From positions 192,001 to 256,000 of the forward strand of contig JBBIPC010000001.1 in the NCBI GenBank assembly GCA_037443035.1: a DNA stretch of 64,000 bases, read 5' to 3'. Position numbers and translations under genes: made by a program. Source of the stretch: Chthonomonadales bacterium. Lineage in GTDB: Bacteria; Armatimonadota; Chthonomonadetes; Chthonomonadales; CAJBBX01. A model generated the notes under the pieces. That model did no database searches and had not been told where the DNA came from. It was given only the letters and a program-made list of their open reading frames with translations. The stretch's first letter is position 1; the number at the start of each line of letters is the position of its first letter. Below are positions 1 through 10,067 of this stretch, one piece after another.

Positions 1-2
1 GT

Positions 3-554
3 ATTCGGACCATCTTCAATCTGCTAGGGCCGTTAGTCAACCCTGCAAGGGTCACGTATCAGGTCATGGGCGTCTACGATGAGACCCTGTGCCCCAAGGT
101 CGCTGAAGTGCTTGGAATGCTCGGCTGCGAGAGAGCAATGGTCGTCCATGGTCAGGACGGTTTGGACGAGATCTCGACCGTGGGGCCGACCTACATTAGC
201 ATCCTCCAGCACGGACGCGTTTCGACTGAGGTACGCATACCAGCCGAGTTTTTCCTGGTCCCATCTAGACTCGAGCATCTCGCCGGTGGGGCTACTCCAG
301 AAGAAAGTGCTGGCATATTGCGGTCGGTTCTGTCGGGCGAGCGAGGACCTCGACGGGACATCGTCACCGTCAACGCTGCGGCCGCCATGATCGTTGCCGG
401 GATCGCAGATACGTGGCGGGATGGTATCGGTCTAGCGCAGAGAATGATCGACTCTAAGCGAGCGCTCCGCGTACTGGAAGAGTTCGTAGAGTTCACACGG
501 GACTTGGCAACACATGAGTGTTCTGTCGGAGATACTGGCCAACAAGCGTCATGA
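3..554 (+). CDS. trpD: anthranilate phosphoribosyltransferase, C-terminal part (5' truncated by window edge)
   Basis: Frame open from the window start: IRTIFNLLGPLVNPA...VVHGQDGLDEIS...NAAAA; directly upstream of trpC. Confidence 0.95.
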   Translation: MRTIFNLLGPLVNPARVTYQVMGVYDETLCPKVAEVLGMLGCERAMVVHGQDGLDEISTVGPTYISILQHGRVSTEVRIPAEFFLVPSRLEHLAGGATPEESAGILRSVLSGERGPRRDIVTVNAAAAMIVAGIADTWRDGIGLAQRMIDSKRALRVLEEFVEFTRDLATHECSVGDTGQQAS

Positions 555-1302
555 ACTGGAGGTTGCGCGACGGCGGGTGCCGCTGGGCGAGCTGAAGCGT
601 CGGCTGCAAGACACTCCTCCGCCACGCGCTTTCGTTCGGGCCATCGAGATGAGCGAGCCGCCGGCCCTCATTGCTGAAGTCAAGCGGGCGTCGCCGTCTG
701 GTGGAGTACTGCGGCAGGATTTCGCTCCACAGGCTCTGGCCCGCGCTTTCGAGGCGAACGGTGCCGCTTGCATTTCGGTCCTCACGGATGAGCGGTACTT
801 TCAGGGCAGTCTTGACCATCTGATGGCCGTCCGGTCCGTGGTGAGCCTGCCGGTGATGCGAAAGGACTTCCTGATTGACGAGTACCAGTTGTACGAGAGC
901 CGTATTGCCGGGGCGGATGCCGTTCTCTTGATCGCCGCTGCGCTTCCGCCTGAGGAGTTGTCCTATCTGCTTTCGGTCGCATGGGGGCTAGGGATGGCCG
1001 CGTTCGTGGAAGTCCACGACCGGGACGAGCTTGCGGAGGCATTACAGACGAGGGCCAAGCTCATAGGCATCAACAACCGCGACTTGCATGTGTTCCGTAC
1101 GGACATCAGCACCACCTTGAGACTGATCGAGGAAGTGCCGCGCGATCGCTTGGTCATCAGCGAGTCGGGAATCCGGTGCCGCCGAGATGTGCTGACACTA
1201 AGAGACGCCGGTGTCCGGGGAATCCTCGTTGGGGAGTGCCTCATGCGCGAGGCGGATGTGGGCGCCAAGGTCCGCGAGTTGTTGGGCCTTGCAGCCTCGT
1301 GA
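514..1302 (+). CDS. trpC: indole-3-glycerol phosphate synthase
   Basis: LIAEVKRASPSGG, ISVLTDERYFQGS, RKDF, GINNRDL, SESGI motifs. Confidence 0.97.
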   Translation: MSVLSEILANKRHELEVARRRVPLGELKRRLQDTPPPRAFVRAIEMSEPPALIAEVKRASPSGGVLRQDFAPQALARAFEANGAACISVLTDERYFQGSLDHLMAVRSVVSLPVMRKDFLIDEYQLYESRIAGADAVLLIAAALPPEELSYLLSVAWGLGMAAFVEVHDRDELAEALQTRAKLIGINNRDLHVFRTDISTTLRLIEEVPRDRLVISESGIRCRRDVLTLRDAGVRGILVGECLMREADVGAKVRELLGLAAS

Positions 1303-2000
1303 CACATCCTGATATGGCCACGCCCGCGTTACGACCGTCCGCACAGAGGCGGACGCGCGTCAAGATCTGCGGTGTTATGCGGGTCGAGGACGCATTAGCG
1401 GCGGTGGAGGCAGGAGCTGACGCCATCGGCATCATTCTGGTGCCCGACACGCCGCGGTACATGGGTGGCCAGCCGGTGGAAGTGGAACGCATCGCATCAT
1501 CTCTTCCGCCCCTGGTCGCGCTGGTAGCTGTCGTCCGGAAGGTGCGCGACTTACCGGAACGCGTTCGGCCTCTCTTCCATGCCGTACAATACTATGCCGG
1601 TACGGCCGACAATAGCAGAAGCTCCAGGATGCAGCGTATCCGGGTGATCCGGAGTGCGGCGGACGCAACGCCCGAAGTGCTAAGCAGTTGCGATGCAGTA
1701 CTGCTGGATGCCCACGACCCGGACAGACTTGGTGGCATAGGGAAGCAAGCCGACTGGGAGTTCGCGCGGGAGCTTGTCACTGCAGGTAACAAGCCGGTGA
1801 TTCTAGCAGGTGGCCTGAATCCACTGAACGTGGGCGAGGCGGTGCGACAGGTTCGACCGTTCGCCGTCGACACTTCCTCGGGTGTCGAAGCCCGACCCGG
1901 TGTCAAGGACCCAGAGAAGCTCCGGCGTTTCATTGCCGCCGTACAGGAAGCCGATTTGGGCCTCTCCTGCACGCAACCCGAGGAAGGACACGGGCAATGA
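1299..2000 (+). CDS. trpF: phosphoribosylanthranilate isomerase (start GTG 1299 or ATG 1314)
   Basis: RVKICG, LLDA, GGIGKQADW, ILAGGLNP, VDTSSGVE; GTGA overlap with the trpC stop. Confidence 0.95.
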   Translation: MTHPDMATPALRPSAQRRTRVKICGVMRVEDALAAVEAGADAIGIILVPDTPRYMGGQPVEVERIASSLPPLVALVAVVRKVRDLPERVRPLFHAVQYYAGTADNSRSSRMQRIRVIRSAADATPEVLSSCDAVLLDAHDPDRLGGIGKQADWEFARELVTAGNKPVILAGGLNPLNVGEAVRQVRPFAVDTSSGVEARPGVKDPEKLRRFIAAVQEADLGLSCTQPEEGHGQ

Positions 2001-2485
2001 CGACGCGTGGCCAGACCCTACTAGGCGGAGCGCTGGTGCTCGTGGGTGTCGGCATCCACGTTGCTCGACTCGCGGTGCCACCCAGCGAGTTGGCGCGGAA
2101 GGGAGCGCAGTCCGTGGGCCAAGTCCTGTTCAAGGATAGCCGGCCGGACAGCGAAGGGCGATTCGTGTATACGGTCACCTTCGTGTTCCCAGACGCTAGT
2201 CAGCGCAATTACCAGGTGGAGCGCGTCGTGCCCGACAAGGGCGTCTGGGACCGACTGAAGACGGGTGCGGAGGTCAAGGTGCGCTACATGCCAGGCCGGC
2301 CAGAAGAGGCGTCCATCGAGGGAGCAGAGGGCCTCGCGCGTCCGAGGGATGCGGCCTACGCCTATCTTGCGTGGAGTGCCATATTGGCGGGTGTGGTGGT
2401 TCTTGCCATGGCGCTACGACGCGGCAGCACGGGACCGTCTGACGTGACCAAACACCCGCCGCGGGTGGTACGTGGAGGCAGGTAA
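1997..2485 (+). CDS. two-TM membrane protein, DUF3592-like
   Basis: Hydrophobic helices at both ends around a beta domain ending [23 protein letters not shown] overlap with trpF. Confidence 0.65.
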   Translation: MTTRGQTLLGGALVLVGVGIHVARLAVPPSELARKGAQSVGQVLFKDSRPDSEGRFVYTVTFVFPDASQRNYQVERVVPDKGVWDRLKTGAEVKVRYMPGRPEEASIEGAEGLARPRDAAYAYLAWSAILAGVVVLAMALRRGSTGPSDVTKHPPRVVRGGR

Positions 2486-2489
2486 GACA

Positions 2490-3695
2490 ATGGGATATCG
2501 CAAGTCGGCTCGTGGCGGTCCGGACTCGAGGGGCCACTTCGGACCATTTGGCGGGCGGTTCGCACCCGAGACGCTCATGCCGGCTTTGCTGGAACTGGAG
2601 GCAGCGTACCGGGCGGCGCTCCATGACCGGCAGTTTCAGGCACAGCTCGGTGGCCTGCTCGCCGACTACGTCGGCCGACCCACCCCCCTGTACCGTGCAG
2701 ATCGCCTCTCCGAAGCCACCGGCGTTCGCGTGTACCTAAAGCGTGAAGACCTATGTCATACCGGGGCACACAAGATCAACAACGCGCTGGGGCAGGTGAT
2801 GTTGGCGAAGCGGATGGGCAAGTCGCGGGTCATTGCCGAGACCGGCGCCGGGCAACACGGCGTTGCGACTGCGACGGCATGCGCTCTCCTAGGAGTCGAG
2901 TGCTGCATCTTCATGGGGTTGGAGGACATGCGGCGGCAGGCGCTCAATGTGGAGCGCATGCGACTGCTTGGCGCCGAGGTGGTAGCGGTGGCCTCTGGCA
3001 CGATGACCCTGAAGGACGCCACGAACGAAGCGTTGCGGGATTGGGTCGCGTCTGTGACTACAACCCACTACGTGATCGGCTCGGTGGTCGGACCACATCC
3101 GTTCCCTATGATCGTCAGAGACTTCCAGAGCATCATTGGCCGGGAGGCAAGGAGGCAAGTCCGGCAAGCCGAGGGTCGGCTTCCAGACGTGGCGCTGGCG
3201 TGCGTCGGGGGAGGCTCGAATGCCTTAGGTCTTTTCATGGCGTTCCTGGAGGATCCTGTTCGGCTCATTGGGGTCGAAGCAGCAGGACGTGGACTTCGCG
3301 CAGGCGAGCATTGCGCTACGCTGACACTCGGCAAGCCCGGGGTGCTGCATGGTAGCCGTAGCTATCTCCTGCAAGACAACGATGGACAGGTGAGTGCCAC
3401 CCACTCGGTATCGGCAGGACTGGATTACCCAGGGGTTGGCCCGCAGCACGCATTCTTGAAAGAAACGGGCCGGGCTACCTATGTGTCCGTGACGGACGAC
3501 GAAGCTCTCTCCGCCGCGGAGCTGCTGGCGCGGACGGAGGGGATCATCCCGGCCCTCGAGTCTGCCCATGCGGTTGCGTACTTGCCGACACTGGGGAAGT
3601 CCAATCCTGGCAGCGTCGTGCTCGTCAATCTCTCCGGTCGCGGCGACAAAGACATGGAAACAATCGCGCGATGGATGCGGGAGCGCAACAAGTGA
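2490..3695 (+). CDS. trpB: tryptophan synthase beta chain
   Basis: [16 protein letters not shown] (PLP lysine), [25 protein letters not shown]. Confidence 0.98.
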   Translation: MGYRKSARGGPDSRGHFGPFGGRFAPETLMPALLELEAAYRAALHDRQFQAQLGGLLADYVGRPTPLYRADRLSEATGVRVYLKREDLCHTGAHKINNALGQVMLAKRMGKSRVIAETGAGQHGVATATACALLGVECCIFMGLEDMRRQALNVERMRLLGAEVVAVASGTMTLKDATNEALRDWVASVTTTHYVIGSVVGPHPFPMIVRDFQSIIGREARRQVRQAEGRLPDVALACVGGGSNALGLFMAFLEDPVRLIGVEAAGRGLRAGEHCATLTLGKPGVLHGSRSYLLQDNDGQVSATHSVSAGLDYPGVGPQHAFLKETGRATYVSVTDDEALSAAELLARTEGIIPALESAHAVAYLPTLGKSNPGSVVLVNLSGRGDKDMETIARWMRERNK

Positions 3696-4498
3696 AACGA
3701 CTGGCTGCGCGGTTCGCGGCGACTCGAGCGGGGAACCGAGCTGCTCTCATATGCTATGTGACAGCAGGCGACCCCTCCCTCAAGATCACGAGAGACCTTG
3801 TGGTGCGGTTGGCCGAGTCCGGCGCCGATATCGTCGAACTGGGCATCCCGTTCAGCGATCCTATGGCGGATGGACCGACGATCCAGCAGTCATCCGAGCG
3901 AGCACTGGCGGCTGGTGCCACCCTGGAACGGGTCCTCGCTTGCGTTGAAGGCATCCGCCGCCGCTCGGACGTGCCACTCGTGGCTATGACGTACTGCAAT
4001 CCGGTCGAGCGCTATGGCATGGAGCACTTCGCGCGAGATGCTAGGTCGGCGGGCTTCGACGGCGTGATCCTGACGGACATGCCGCCGGAGGAGGCTGGAG
4101 CCTGGCGAACCCTCGCCCGTGCCCACGACTTGGACACGGTGTTCCTGGCGGCCCCGACCAGTACTGCGGAACGACTGCGCGCGGCAACTAGGGCATCGTC
4201 CGGGTTCCTGTACTGCGTTTCCAGGCTGGGGGTGACTGGCGTCAGAAAAGAGCTACCTGTAGAGCTTGCCGACCTCATCGAGCGGGCTCGTGCCGTGGCG
4301 AGATGTCCCGTGTGCGTGGGATTCGGCATCTCGACTCCAGACCACGTACGCGCTGTGGCAAGATTGGCCGACGGAGTTATCGTCGGCAGCGCCTTGGTGA
4401 ACATCATCGCTCAAGGCGGCGGCTCCAGCCAGATGATCGCACAGGCGACCGGCCTTGTACGGGATCTAGCCTCGGCAACATGGCGGAGTACTGAATAG
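3692..4498 (+). CDS. trpA: tryptophan synthase alpha chain
   Basis: [41 protein letters not shown] overlap with trpB. Confidence 0.98.
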   Translation: MKRLAARFAATRAGNRAALICYVTAGDPSLKITRDLVVRLAESGADIVELGIPFSDPMADGPTIQQSSERALAAGATLERVLACVEGIRRRSDVPLVAMTYCNPVERYGMEHFARDARSAGFDGVILTDMPPEEAGAWRTLARAHDLDTVFLAAPTSTAERLRAATRASSGFLYCVSRLGVTGVRKELPVELADLIERARAVARCPVCVGFGISTPDHVRAVARLADGVIVGSALVNIIAQGGGSSQMIAQATGLVRDLASATWRSTE

Positions 4499-4499
4499 G

Positions 4500-5321
4500 A
4501 TGGAACCCTTCAAGGTTCTGGCTCTCGTACTGCGGCATCGGGACCTCGGCGAGGCGGACCGCGTCTTGACACTCTTGACTAGGGAGCGCGGGAAGCTCTC
4601 CGCAGTTGTCCGCGGGTGCCGGAAGCCCGGAGCGAGGAACGCTGGGATAACGGAGCCATTCACCCACATGCGCGTCATGCTGGCGCCGGGCCGCAGCCTC
4701 TACACGCTCACCCAATGGGAGTTCCTGGATGGCTATTGGGGCCTTCGTCAGACCCTGGAGATGCTGATGCGCGCAACGTATGTCTGCGATCTAGTTGGAG
4801 AGCTGACCGTCGAGCACGAACCGTGCCCGGACGTGTTCGACCTGACGCTGCAGACTCTCGACTTGCTGCAAGCACCGGCTGCGCCGGGGGACAGCGACCG
4901 AGCCGACCGCGTTCTCAGCGCTTTCGAACTGCAATTGCTGAAGGACCGAGGATACGGTCTGAGTCTCGATCAGTGTGCCCACTGCGGTCGCCACATGCAG
5001 CGAAGCACCACCGATAACTGCTGGAGCTTCAGCGCAGCCGCTGGAGGCGTCTTGTGCCAGAAATGTCGGTACAGGTTGAGAGACAGCTTTCCGGTGAGTG
5101 GAGAGGCCGTGGACGCCTTGCGACGGCTCGCCGATCTGCCGATCACCGAGGCTGGAGACCTGTCACTTGCATCAGACGACGAACGAAAGATTCGTCAGTG
5201 CCTCGAGTGGTCCATCCGGTATCGTTGCGAGAAGGCGCTAGATTCGCTGGGCATGCTCCACGCGGTGCTCGACATGCGGCACCATCGTCGGGCTGCGGCG
5301 TCGGCGAGGGCTGGCGACTAG
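4500..5321 (+). CDS. recO: DNA repair protein RecO
   Basis: VLRHRDLGEADRVLTLLTRERGK N-terminus; CAHC...CQKC zinc site. Confidence 0.95.
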   Translation: MEPFKVLALVLRHRDLGEADRVLTLLTRERGKLSAVVRGCRKPGARNAGITEPFTHMRVMLAPGRSLYTLTQWEFLDGYWGLRQTLEMLMRATYVCDLVGELTVEHEPCPDVFDLTLQTLDLLQAPAAPGDSDRADRVLSAFELQLLKDRGYGLSLDQCAHCGRHMQRSTTDNCWSFSAAAGGVLCQKCRYRLRDSFPVSGEAVDALRRLADLPITEAGDLSLASDDERKIRQCLEWSIRYRCEKALDSLGMLHAVLDMRHHRRAAASARAGD

Positions 5322-5382
5322 TCCAGATGGCGTGCGGCGGTGACGCTCGGCTGGCGGTGGCGACGGATCCTGAGAACCGCTG

Positions 5383-6279
5383 ATGGATCCTCCGCGCATC
5401 AGCCTTTTCTCCATCCCCCTCGTCACCACATGGGTATTCGACGACACGCATCGGATACTCTTCGATGCAGGCGATGGGGTGACGGCTATGCTGGATGCGC
5501 GCATCCATCGCATCCGGCTAGTCGCGCTCACGCACGCCCACAGAGACCACTGCTCTGGTCTGGGACAGTTGCTCAATCTGACGGGCGGAACAGGCGAACA
5601 GACCGTCGTCTACCCACAGGCGAGCGGGGCCCTTCGCGCGCTGGCTACCTTCCTGACCGCGTTCGACGCGCGTACTACCGGCAAAGTCCTCTGGCGGCCC
5701 GTGGACGAAAGCGACGCAATTGACATCGAGCCGGCACGACATTACCTGCGGCCCTTTGTGACAGATCATTACCCCCCGACGGACCCACGGCGCAAACTGA
5801 GCCTTGGGTACCAGATCGTCCGCTATGTGGATCGCCTTCGACCAGAGTTCGCGACACTATCGCAGGAAGCGTTGGATGCCTTGCGACGCGAACGTGGCCG
5901 GGAGTACATCACACACACCGTGGAGGACCGTCTTCTCAGCATCACGGGGGACACGATGCCCCTCGACCCTTCCGTCGTCGCTGGGAGCCGCGTTCTCCTA
6001 CACGAATGCACGTTCCTCGACCCAGAGGAAGAGGCGGAGATGGCCGAGCGAGGTCACCGGCATTCGTCGCTGGACGAAGCGCTGCGCACGGCCCAGGCGG
6101 CCGGCGTCGAATACCTTGGTCTCTACCATGTTTCGAGGAGGTACGACGATGCGACCATCCTGCGGCGGGTTCGGGAGCGCTGTGCGGAAATGGAACTAGA
6201 GTGCAAGGTCAGTGTTGCCCTTCCCGGCAAGTTCTACGACGACTTGTTCGCACAGCGCGTATGGGATGGACGCGAATGA
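5383..6279 (+). CDS. rnz: tRNase Z, Thermotoga (TM)-type metallo-beta-lactamase fold
   Basis: RILFDAGDGV, THAHRDH, short flexible arm LRPEFATLSQE...RGREYIT, ITGDT, HECTF, LYHVSRRY; resembles T. maritima tRNase Z as recalled, not searched. Confidence 0.8.
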   Translation: MDPPRISLFSIPLVTTWVFDDTHRILFDAGDGVTAMLDARIHRIRLVALTHAHRDHCSGLGQLLNLTGGTGEQTVVYPQASGALRALATFLTAFDARTTGKVLWRPVDESDAIDIEPARHYLRPFVTDHYPPTDPRRKLSLGYQIVRYVDRLRPEFATLSQEALDALRRERGREYITHTVEDRLLSITGDTMPLDPSVVAGSRVLLHECTFLDPEEEAEMAERGHRHSSLDEALRTAQAAGVEYLGLYHVSRRYDDATILRRVRERCAEMELECKVSVALPGKFYDDLFAQRVWDGRE

Positions 6280-6866
6280 TTCCAGATCGCAGCCGAAGTC
6301 TACCGGACGCGTTCTACTGCGCTGACGCCGACGAGGTTGCCCCGAGGCTCATCGGCTGCCGCCTGCTCAGCACGATCGGCGGCGAACTGACCGGAGGGAC
6401 GATCGTGGAAGCGGAAGCCTACCGTCAACACGATCCGGCCAGCCACTCGTATCGTGGCCCCACGGAGCGCAACAAGGCCATGTTCGGACCGCCCGGACAT
6501 GCCTACGTGTACAAGATCTACGGTATGCACTATTGCCTCAACGTCGTCACTGCCGAGGAGGGAAGGGGGGAGGCTGTTCTGTTGCGGGCCATCGAACCTG
6601 AGATCGGCGTCGAGACCATGCGACGACGGCGTGGCGTTGACAAGCTGACGCACTTGTGCAGCGGTCCTGCCAGGCTCTGCGAGGCTCTCGGGATCACGCG
6701 AGCGATGGACGGTCATCCCCTCAACGCTGCTCCGCTCTGGCTGGAGACCGGGGACAGCGCATGCCGCCGCGTGGTATCCTCGTGTAGAATCGGCATCGCG
6801 CTCGGAAAGGAGCTGCCGTGGCGCTTTCTCGACCCTGAGAGTCCCCATGTTTCACGGCGCGCGTGA
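6276..6866 (+). CDS. mpg: DNA-3-methyladenine glycosylase (MPG/AAG family)
   Basis: IVEAEAY, DPASHS, MFGPPGHAYVYKIYGMHYCLNVV, GPARLCEALGI, RIGI...PWRF. Confidence 0.93.
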   Translation: MIPDRSRSLPDAFYCADADEVAPRLIGCRLLSTIGGELTGGTIVEAEAYRQHDPASHSYRGPTERNKAMFGPPGHAYVYKIYGMHYCLNVVTAEEGRGEAVLLRAIEPEIGVETMRRRRGVDKLTHLCSGPARLCEALGITRAMDGHPLNAAPLWLETGDSACRRVVSSCRIGIALGKELPWRFLDPESPHVSRRA

Positions 6867-6869
6867 CCC

Positions 6870-7727
6870 ATGCCTGTATCATTGCTGTCTGTCCTCCTAG
6901 GTGCTATAGCGGCCGGAGCGGTTGCGTGGTTGGCGTCTCGTTTGAGGCTCCTCGATACTTCCGGCTCGCTTGCTGCACTTATAGTGGGGACGATTGTGTT
7001 CGGTGTAGGCGGCTTACCGTTCAGCGTGCCGTTATTGGTCTTCTTCGGGTCGTCGAGCGTTCTGACGCGTGCTGGCATCCGCCGGAAGGAGAGCGCGAAT
7101 CGGCGTACCGACAAGCCAGGTCCTCGTGACGCGTGGCAGGTACTGGCGAACGGCGGAGTGGCAACTGTCATTGTGGTGCTTGCGGCCATCCTCCCCGCCA
7201 GTGCCACCCCTAGCTCGCGAGACTGGTACCTGCTCTATCTGAGTGCTCTGGCTGCTGTGAACGCGGATACGTGGGCCACCGAGATCGGTAGCCTGTCGCG
7301 TAACCGACCTCGACTCATTACGACGCTCCGGCCGGTACCTGTGGGTACGAGCGGCGGCATATCGTTCGCCGGGACTGCTGGAGCGCTCATCGGTGCAGCA
7401 GTCATCGTTATGGCCGCTGCCATCGCGTGGCCAACACAATCCGAGTATCTCTTGTGGCGAATCGATCTTGCTGAAGCTCTGGCCGTCACATGGGCTGGAT
7501 TCATGGCGTCCCTGGTAGACAGTCTGCTCGGAGCCACCCTCCAAGGCCAGTATCACTGCCCGCGATGCAGCATAATAACGGAGACCCGCATGCATTGTGG
7601 CGCGGAGACCGTGGCAGCGCGAGGTTGGCCGTGGGTCAACAACGACGTTGTGAATGCTGCTGCGAGTCTAGCGGGCGTAGTGCTCGGCTGGTATCTACTT
7701 GTGGGTTTCGCGTGGCCGTTGGAATGA
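6870..7727 (+). CDS. DUF92/TMEM19 family membrane protein
   Basis: RDAWQVLANGG, ADTWATEIG, GTSGGIS, DSLLGATLQ, NNDVVN. Confidence 0.9.
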   Translation: MPVSLLSVLLGAIAAGAVAWLASRLRLLDTSGSLAALIVGTIVFGVGGLPFSVPLLVFFGSSSVLTRAGIRRKESANRRTDKPGPRDAWQVLANGGVATVIVVLAAILPASATPSSRDWYLLYLSALAAVNADTWATEIGSLSRNRPRLITTLRPVPVGTSGGISFAGTAGALIGAAVIVMAAAIAWPTQSEYLLWRIDLAEALAVTWAGFMASLVDSLLGATLQGQYHCPRCSIITETRMHCGAETVAARGWPWVNNDVVNAAASLAGVVLGWYLLVGFAWPLE

Positions 7728-7772
7728 CGATGCCCTTGTGGTATTGTTAGCTACGCTAAGGTAACTGCACCC

Positions 7773-8396
7773 ATGCGATTTCGACGCCGTCCGCGAACCT
7801 ACCACGGAGAGCCAGGTCACTGCGTTCGCCGTCATCGCGGACTTGGTAGACCGGCTGGGGAGGCACGAGGAGGCAATAGCGATGCTACTCCGAGGCCTCG
7901 CGTTCTGCTAGTAGGAACGCCGAACGTCGGGAAGAGTGTCTTGTTCCATCGGCTCACAGGCGTCTACGTAACGGTCTCCAACTATCCGGGCACGACAGTG
8001 GAAGTAGCGCGTGGTTACATGCGTTGGGCGGGTCGGGAGATCGAGGTGGTGGACACGCCCGGCATGTACTCCCTGCGGCCCACGTCAGAGGAGGAGCGCG
8101 TTGCTCGGGACATGGTATTGCGCGAACCAGCAAGCGTGCTGGTCCACGTGCTGGACGTGAAGAACCTCGCTCGTATGCTGTGTCTCACATTCGAACTCCT
8201 GGAGACCGGCATTCCACTGATTGTCGCGGCGAACATGGTGGACGAGGCTGACCGATACGGCATTGTCGTGAAGAAGGAACTCATCGAGGAGCGGCTCGGC
8301 GTACCGGTTGTGCTGACCTCGGCCCCGGACGGGGAAGGGGTGGAAGAGCTTCGGACGCTTGTGGCATCAATGGTGGAGCCGGATGCCAAGAATTAG
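7773..8396 (+). CDS. feoB: FeoB small GTPase domain, stand-alone
   Basis: GTPNVGKS (G1), NYPGTTVE (G2), DTPG (G3), NMVD (G4), TSA (G5); TAG stop at 8394-8396. Confidence 0.9.
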   Translation: MRFRRRPRTYHGEPGHCVRRHRGLGRPAGEARGGNSDATPRPRVLLVGTPNVGKSVLFHRLTGVYVTVSNYPGTTVEVARGYMRWAGREIEVVDTPGMYSLRPTSEEERVARDMVLREPASVLVHVLDVKNLARMLCLTFELLETGIPLIVAANMVDEADRYGIVVKKELIEERLGVPVVLTSAPDGEGVEELRTLVASMVEPDAKN

Positions 8397-9828
8397 GGTT
8401 CGCTACAGTGCAGCCGTCGAGGATGCGATTCACGACATGACGCTGTTGCTACACGGTCCGTACCGGATAAGCCACCGAAGCCTCGCGCTCCTCTTGCTAC
8501 AGGGCGACGACGGCGCGTCGGAACTTGTTGTCGCCACGGAGGGTAAGCGCGCCGAGGCGATCCTCGGTCTGGCTGAGGAGCTTCGCGGTCGGCTTGGAGG
8601 CACTCTCGAGTCCGACCTCCAGAGGGCACGGCTCCATGCGGCTAGGGAGGTCGTGCGTGAAGCTCTCATTGAACGGCCCGGGAACCGCGAGACGCTTGCT
8701 GCACACATAGGCCAATGGTGCACCAGACCTCTCACCGGCATACCGATCCTTCTGCTTGTGATTGGTGTCGGTCTCTATTGGTTCGTGGGCGTCATTGGCG
8801 GAAGCGTGCTTGTCGAACTGCTCGAGGTGCGCCTCTTCGAGAACGTCATCAACGCCCGCGTCTCTGGCTGGGTGGATTCCCTCCAGGTCCCGTGGCTTTC
8901 GCGGCTGCTCGTAGGCGAGTACGGTGTCTGGACGCTTGGCGTCACGTATGCGTTCGGTCTTATACTACCGCTTGTCGGCACCTTCTTCCTGGCGTTTTCC
9001 TTGCTGGAAGACTCGGGATACCTTCCAAGGCTGGCGATGCTCGTGGATCGCATCTTCAAGTACCTCGGGCTCAATGGGCGCGCTGTCATCCCCATCGTCC
9101 TCGGCTTCGGGTGCGACACAATGGCGACCATCGTCACCCGCATACTGGAGACACGTCGCGAGCGCATCTTGGCCACTTTTCTGCTGTCGCTTGCGATCCC
9201 GTGCTCCGCTCAGCTCGGCGTGATGACGGGTCTGCTTTCCGGCAAGCCGTTGGCGTTCGCAATCTGGATGACCATCATGACACTGACCTTCCTGCTCGTC
9301 GGCTATCTGGCTGCGAAGATACTTCCCGGCGAGAAGCCGCCGTTCGTGCTGGAGCTGCCTCCCATGCGCTGGCCAGCGATAGGAAACGTTCTTGCCAAGA
9401 CACTCGCCAGGATGCACTGGTACTTCCTCGAAGTCGTGCCGCTCTTTCTCCTGGCAAGTGTGATCCTCTGGGTTGCCGACATGACGGGCGCACTCCGGCT
9501 CGCGCTGCGAGGAATCGAGCCGATCGTGCTCTTCCTTGGCTTGCCGGCCAAGGCCAGCGAGGCGTTTCTGTTCGGTTTCTTCCGGAGAGACTACGGGGCA
9601 GCGGGACTGTACCGACTTCAGGAGCATCATGGACTCTCCGGCAACCAGCAGCTCGTCGCAGTGGTCACTTTGACGCTGTTTTTGCCGTGTGTTGCCCAGC
9701 TCCTTGTCATGCAGCGGGAGCGGGGCACGAAGGCGTCCCTGGCAATGCTTGCGTTCATCGTGCCGTTCGCACTTGGGGTTGGCGGTCTGCTAAACTGGAT
9801 TCTCAGCTCGCTAGGAGTCTCGCTATGA
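8383..9828 (+). CDS. feoB: FeoB helical and membrane (Gate) domains
   Basis: LEDSGYLPRLA, GFGC, IPCSAQ, FVLELP, PCVA; no G domain; different frame from the upstream GTPase ORF. Confidence 0.92.
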   Translation: MPRIRVRYSAAVEDAIHDMTLLLHGPYRISHRSLALLLLQGDDGASELVVATEGKRAEAILGLAEELRGRLGGTLESDLQRARLHAAREVVREALIERPGNRETLAAHIGQWCTRPLTGIPILLLVIGVGLYWFVGVIGGSVLVELLEVRLFENVINARVSGWVDSLQVPWLSRLLVGEYGVWTLGVTYAFGLILPLVGTFFLAFSLLEDSGYLPRLAMLVDRIFKYLGLNGRAVIPIVLGFGCDTMATIVTRILETRRERILATFLLSLAIPCSAQLGVMTGLLSGKPLAFAIWMTIMTLTFLLVGYLAAKILPGEKPPFVLELPPMRWPAIGNVLAKTLARMHWYFLEVVPLFLLASVILWVADMTGALRLALRGIEPIVLFLGLPAKASEAFLFGFFRRDYGAAGLYRLQEHHGLSGNQQLVAVVTLTLFLPCVAQLLVMQRERGTKASLAMLAFIVPFALGVGGLLNWILSSLGVSL

Positions 9829-10028
9829 GACAGGCCGACGCGCCAGCAGTCGAGATCTGTCCGGCATGCCGCAACGTAATAGAACCGGGTTGCGAAGACA
9901 AAGTGTGTCGTTCGTGCTCGCTATTCAGTGGCTGCCGCAAGGTTCGCTGCCCTCGCTGCGGCTATGAGTGGCCAAGAGAGCCTCGCTTCGTGCGTTGGCT
10001 GCGCGAGCATCTGACGCGCAATCGGTAG
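9825..10028 (+). CDS. small 8-cysteine protein in the feo locus (67 aa)
   Basis: MRQADAPAVEICPAC...CEDKVCRSCSLFSGCRKVRCPRCGYEW; ATGA overlap with the feoB stop. Confidence 0.75.
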   Translation: MRQADAPAVEICPACRNVIEPGCEDKVCRSCSLFSGCRKVRCPRCGYEWPREPRFVRWLREHLTRNR

Positions 10029-10067
10029 AACGGAACGCTCAGGGAAAGGATACGTGTTAGCTAGCAT

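Noticed and set aside
8715..9824. 437-aa ORF overlapping feoB
   Set aside because: Alternate-frame shadow in GC-rich DNA; only the last 67 codons look real
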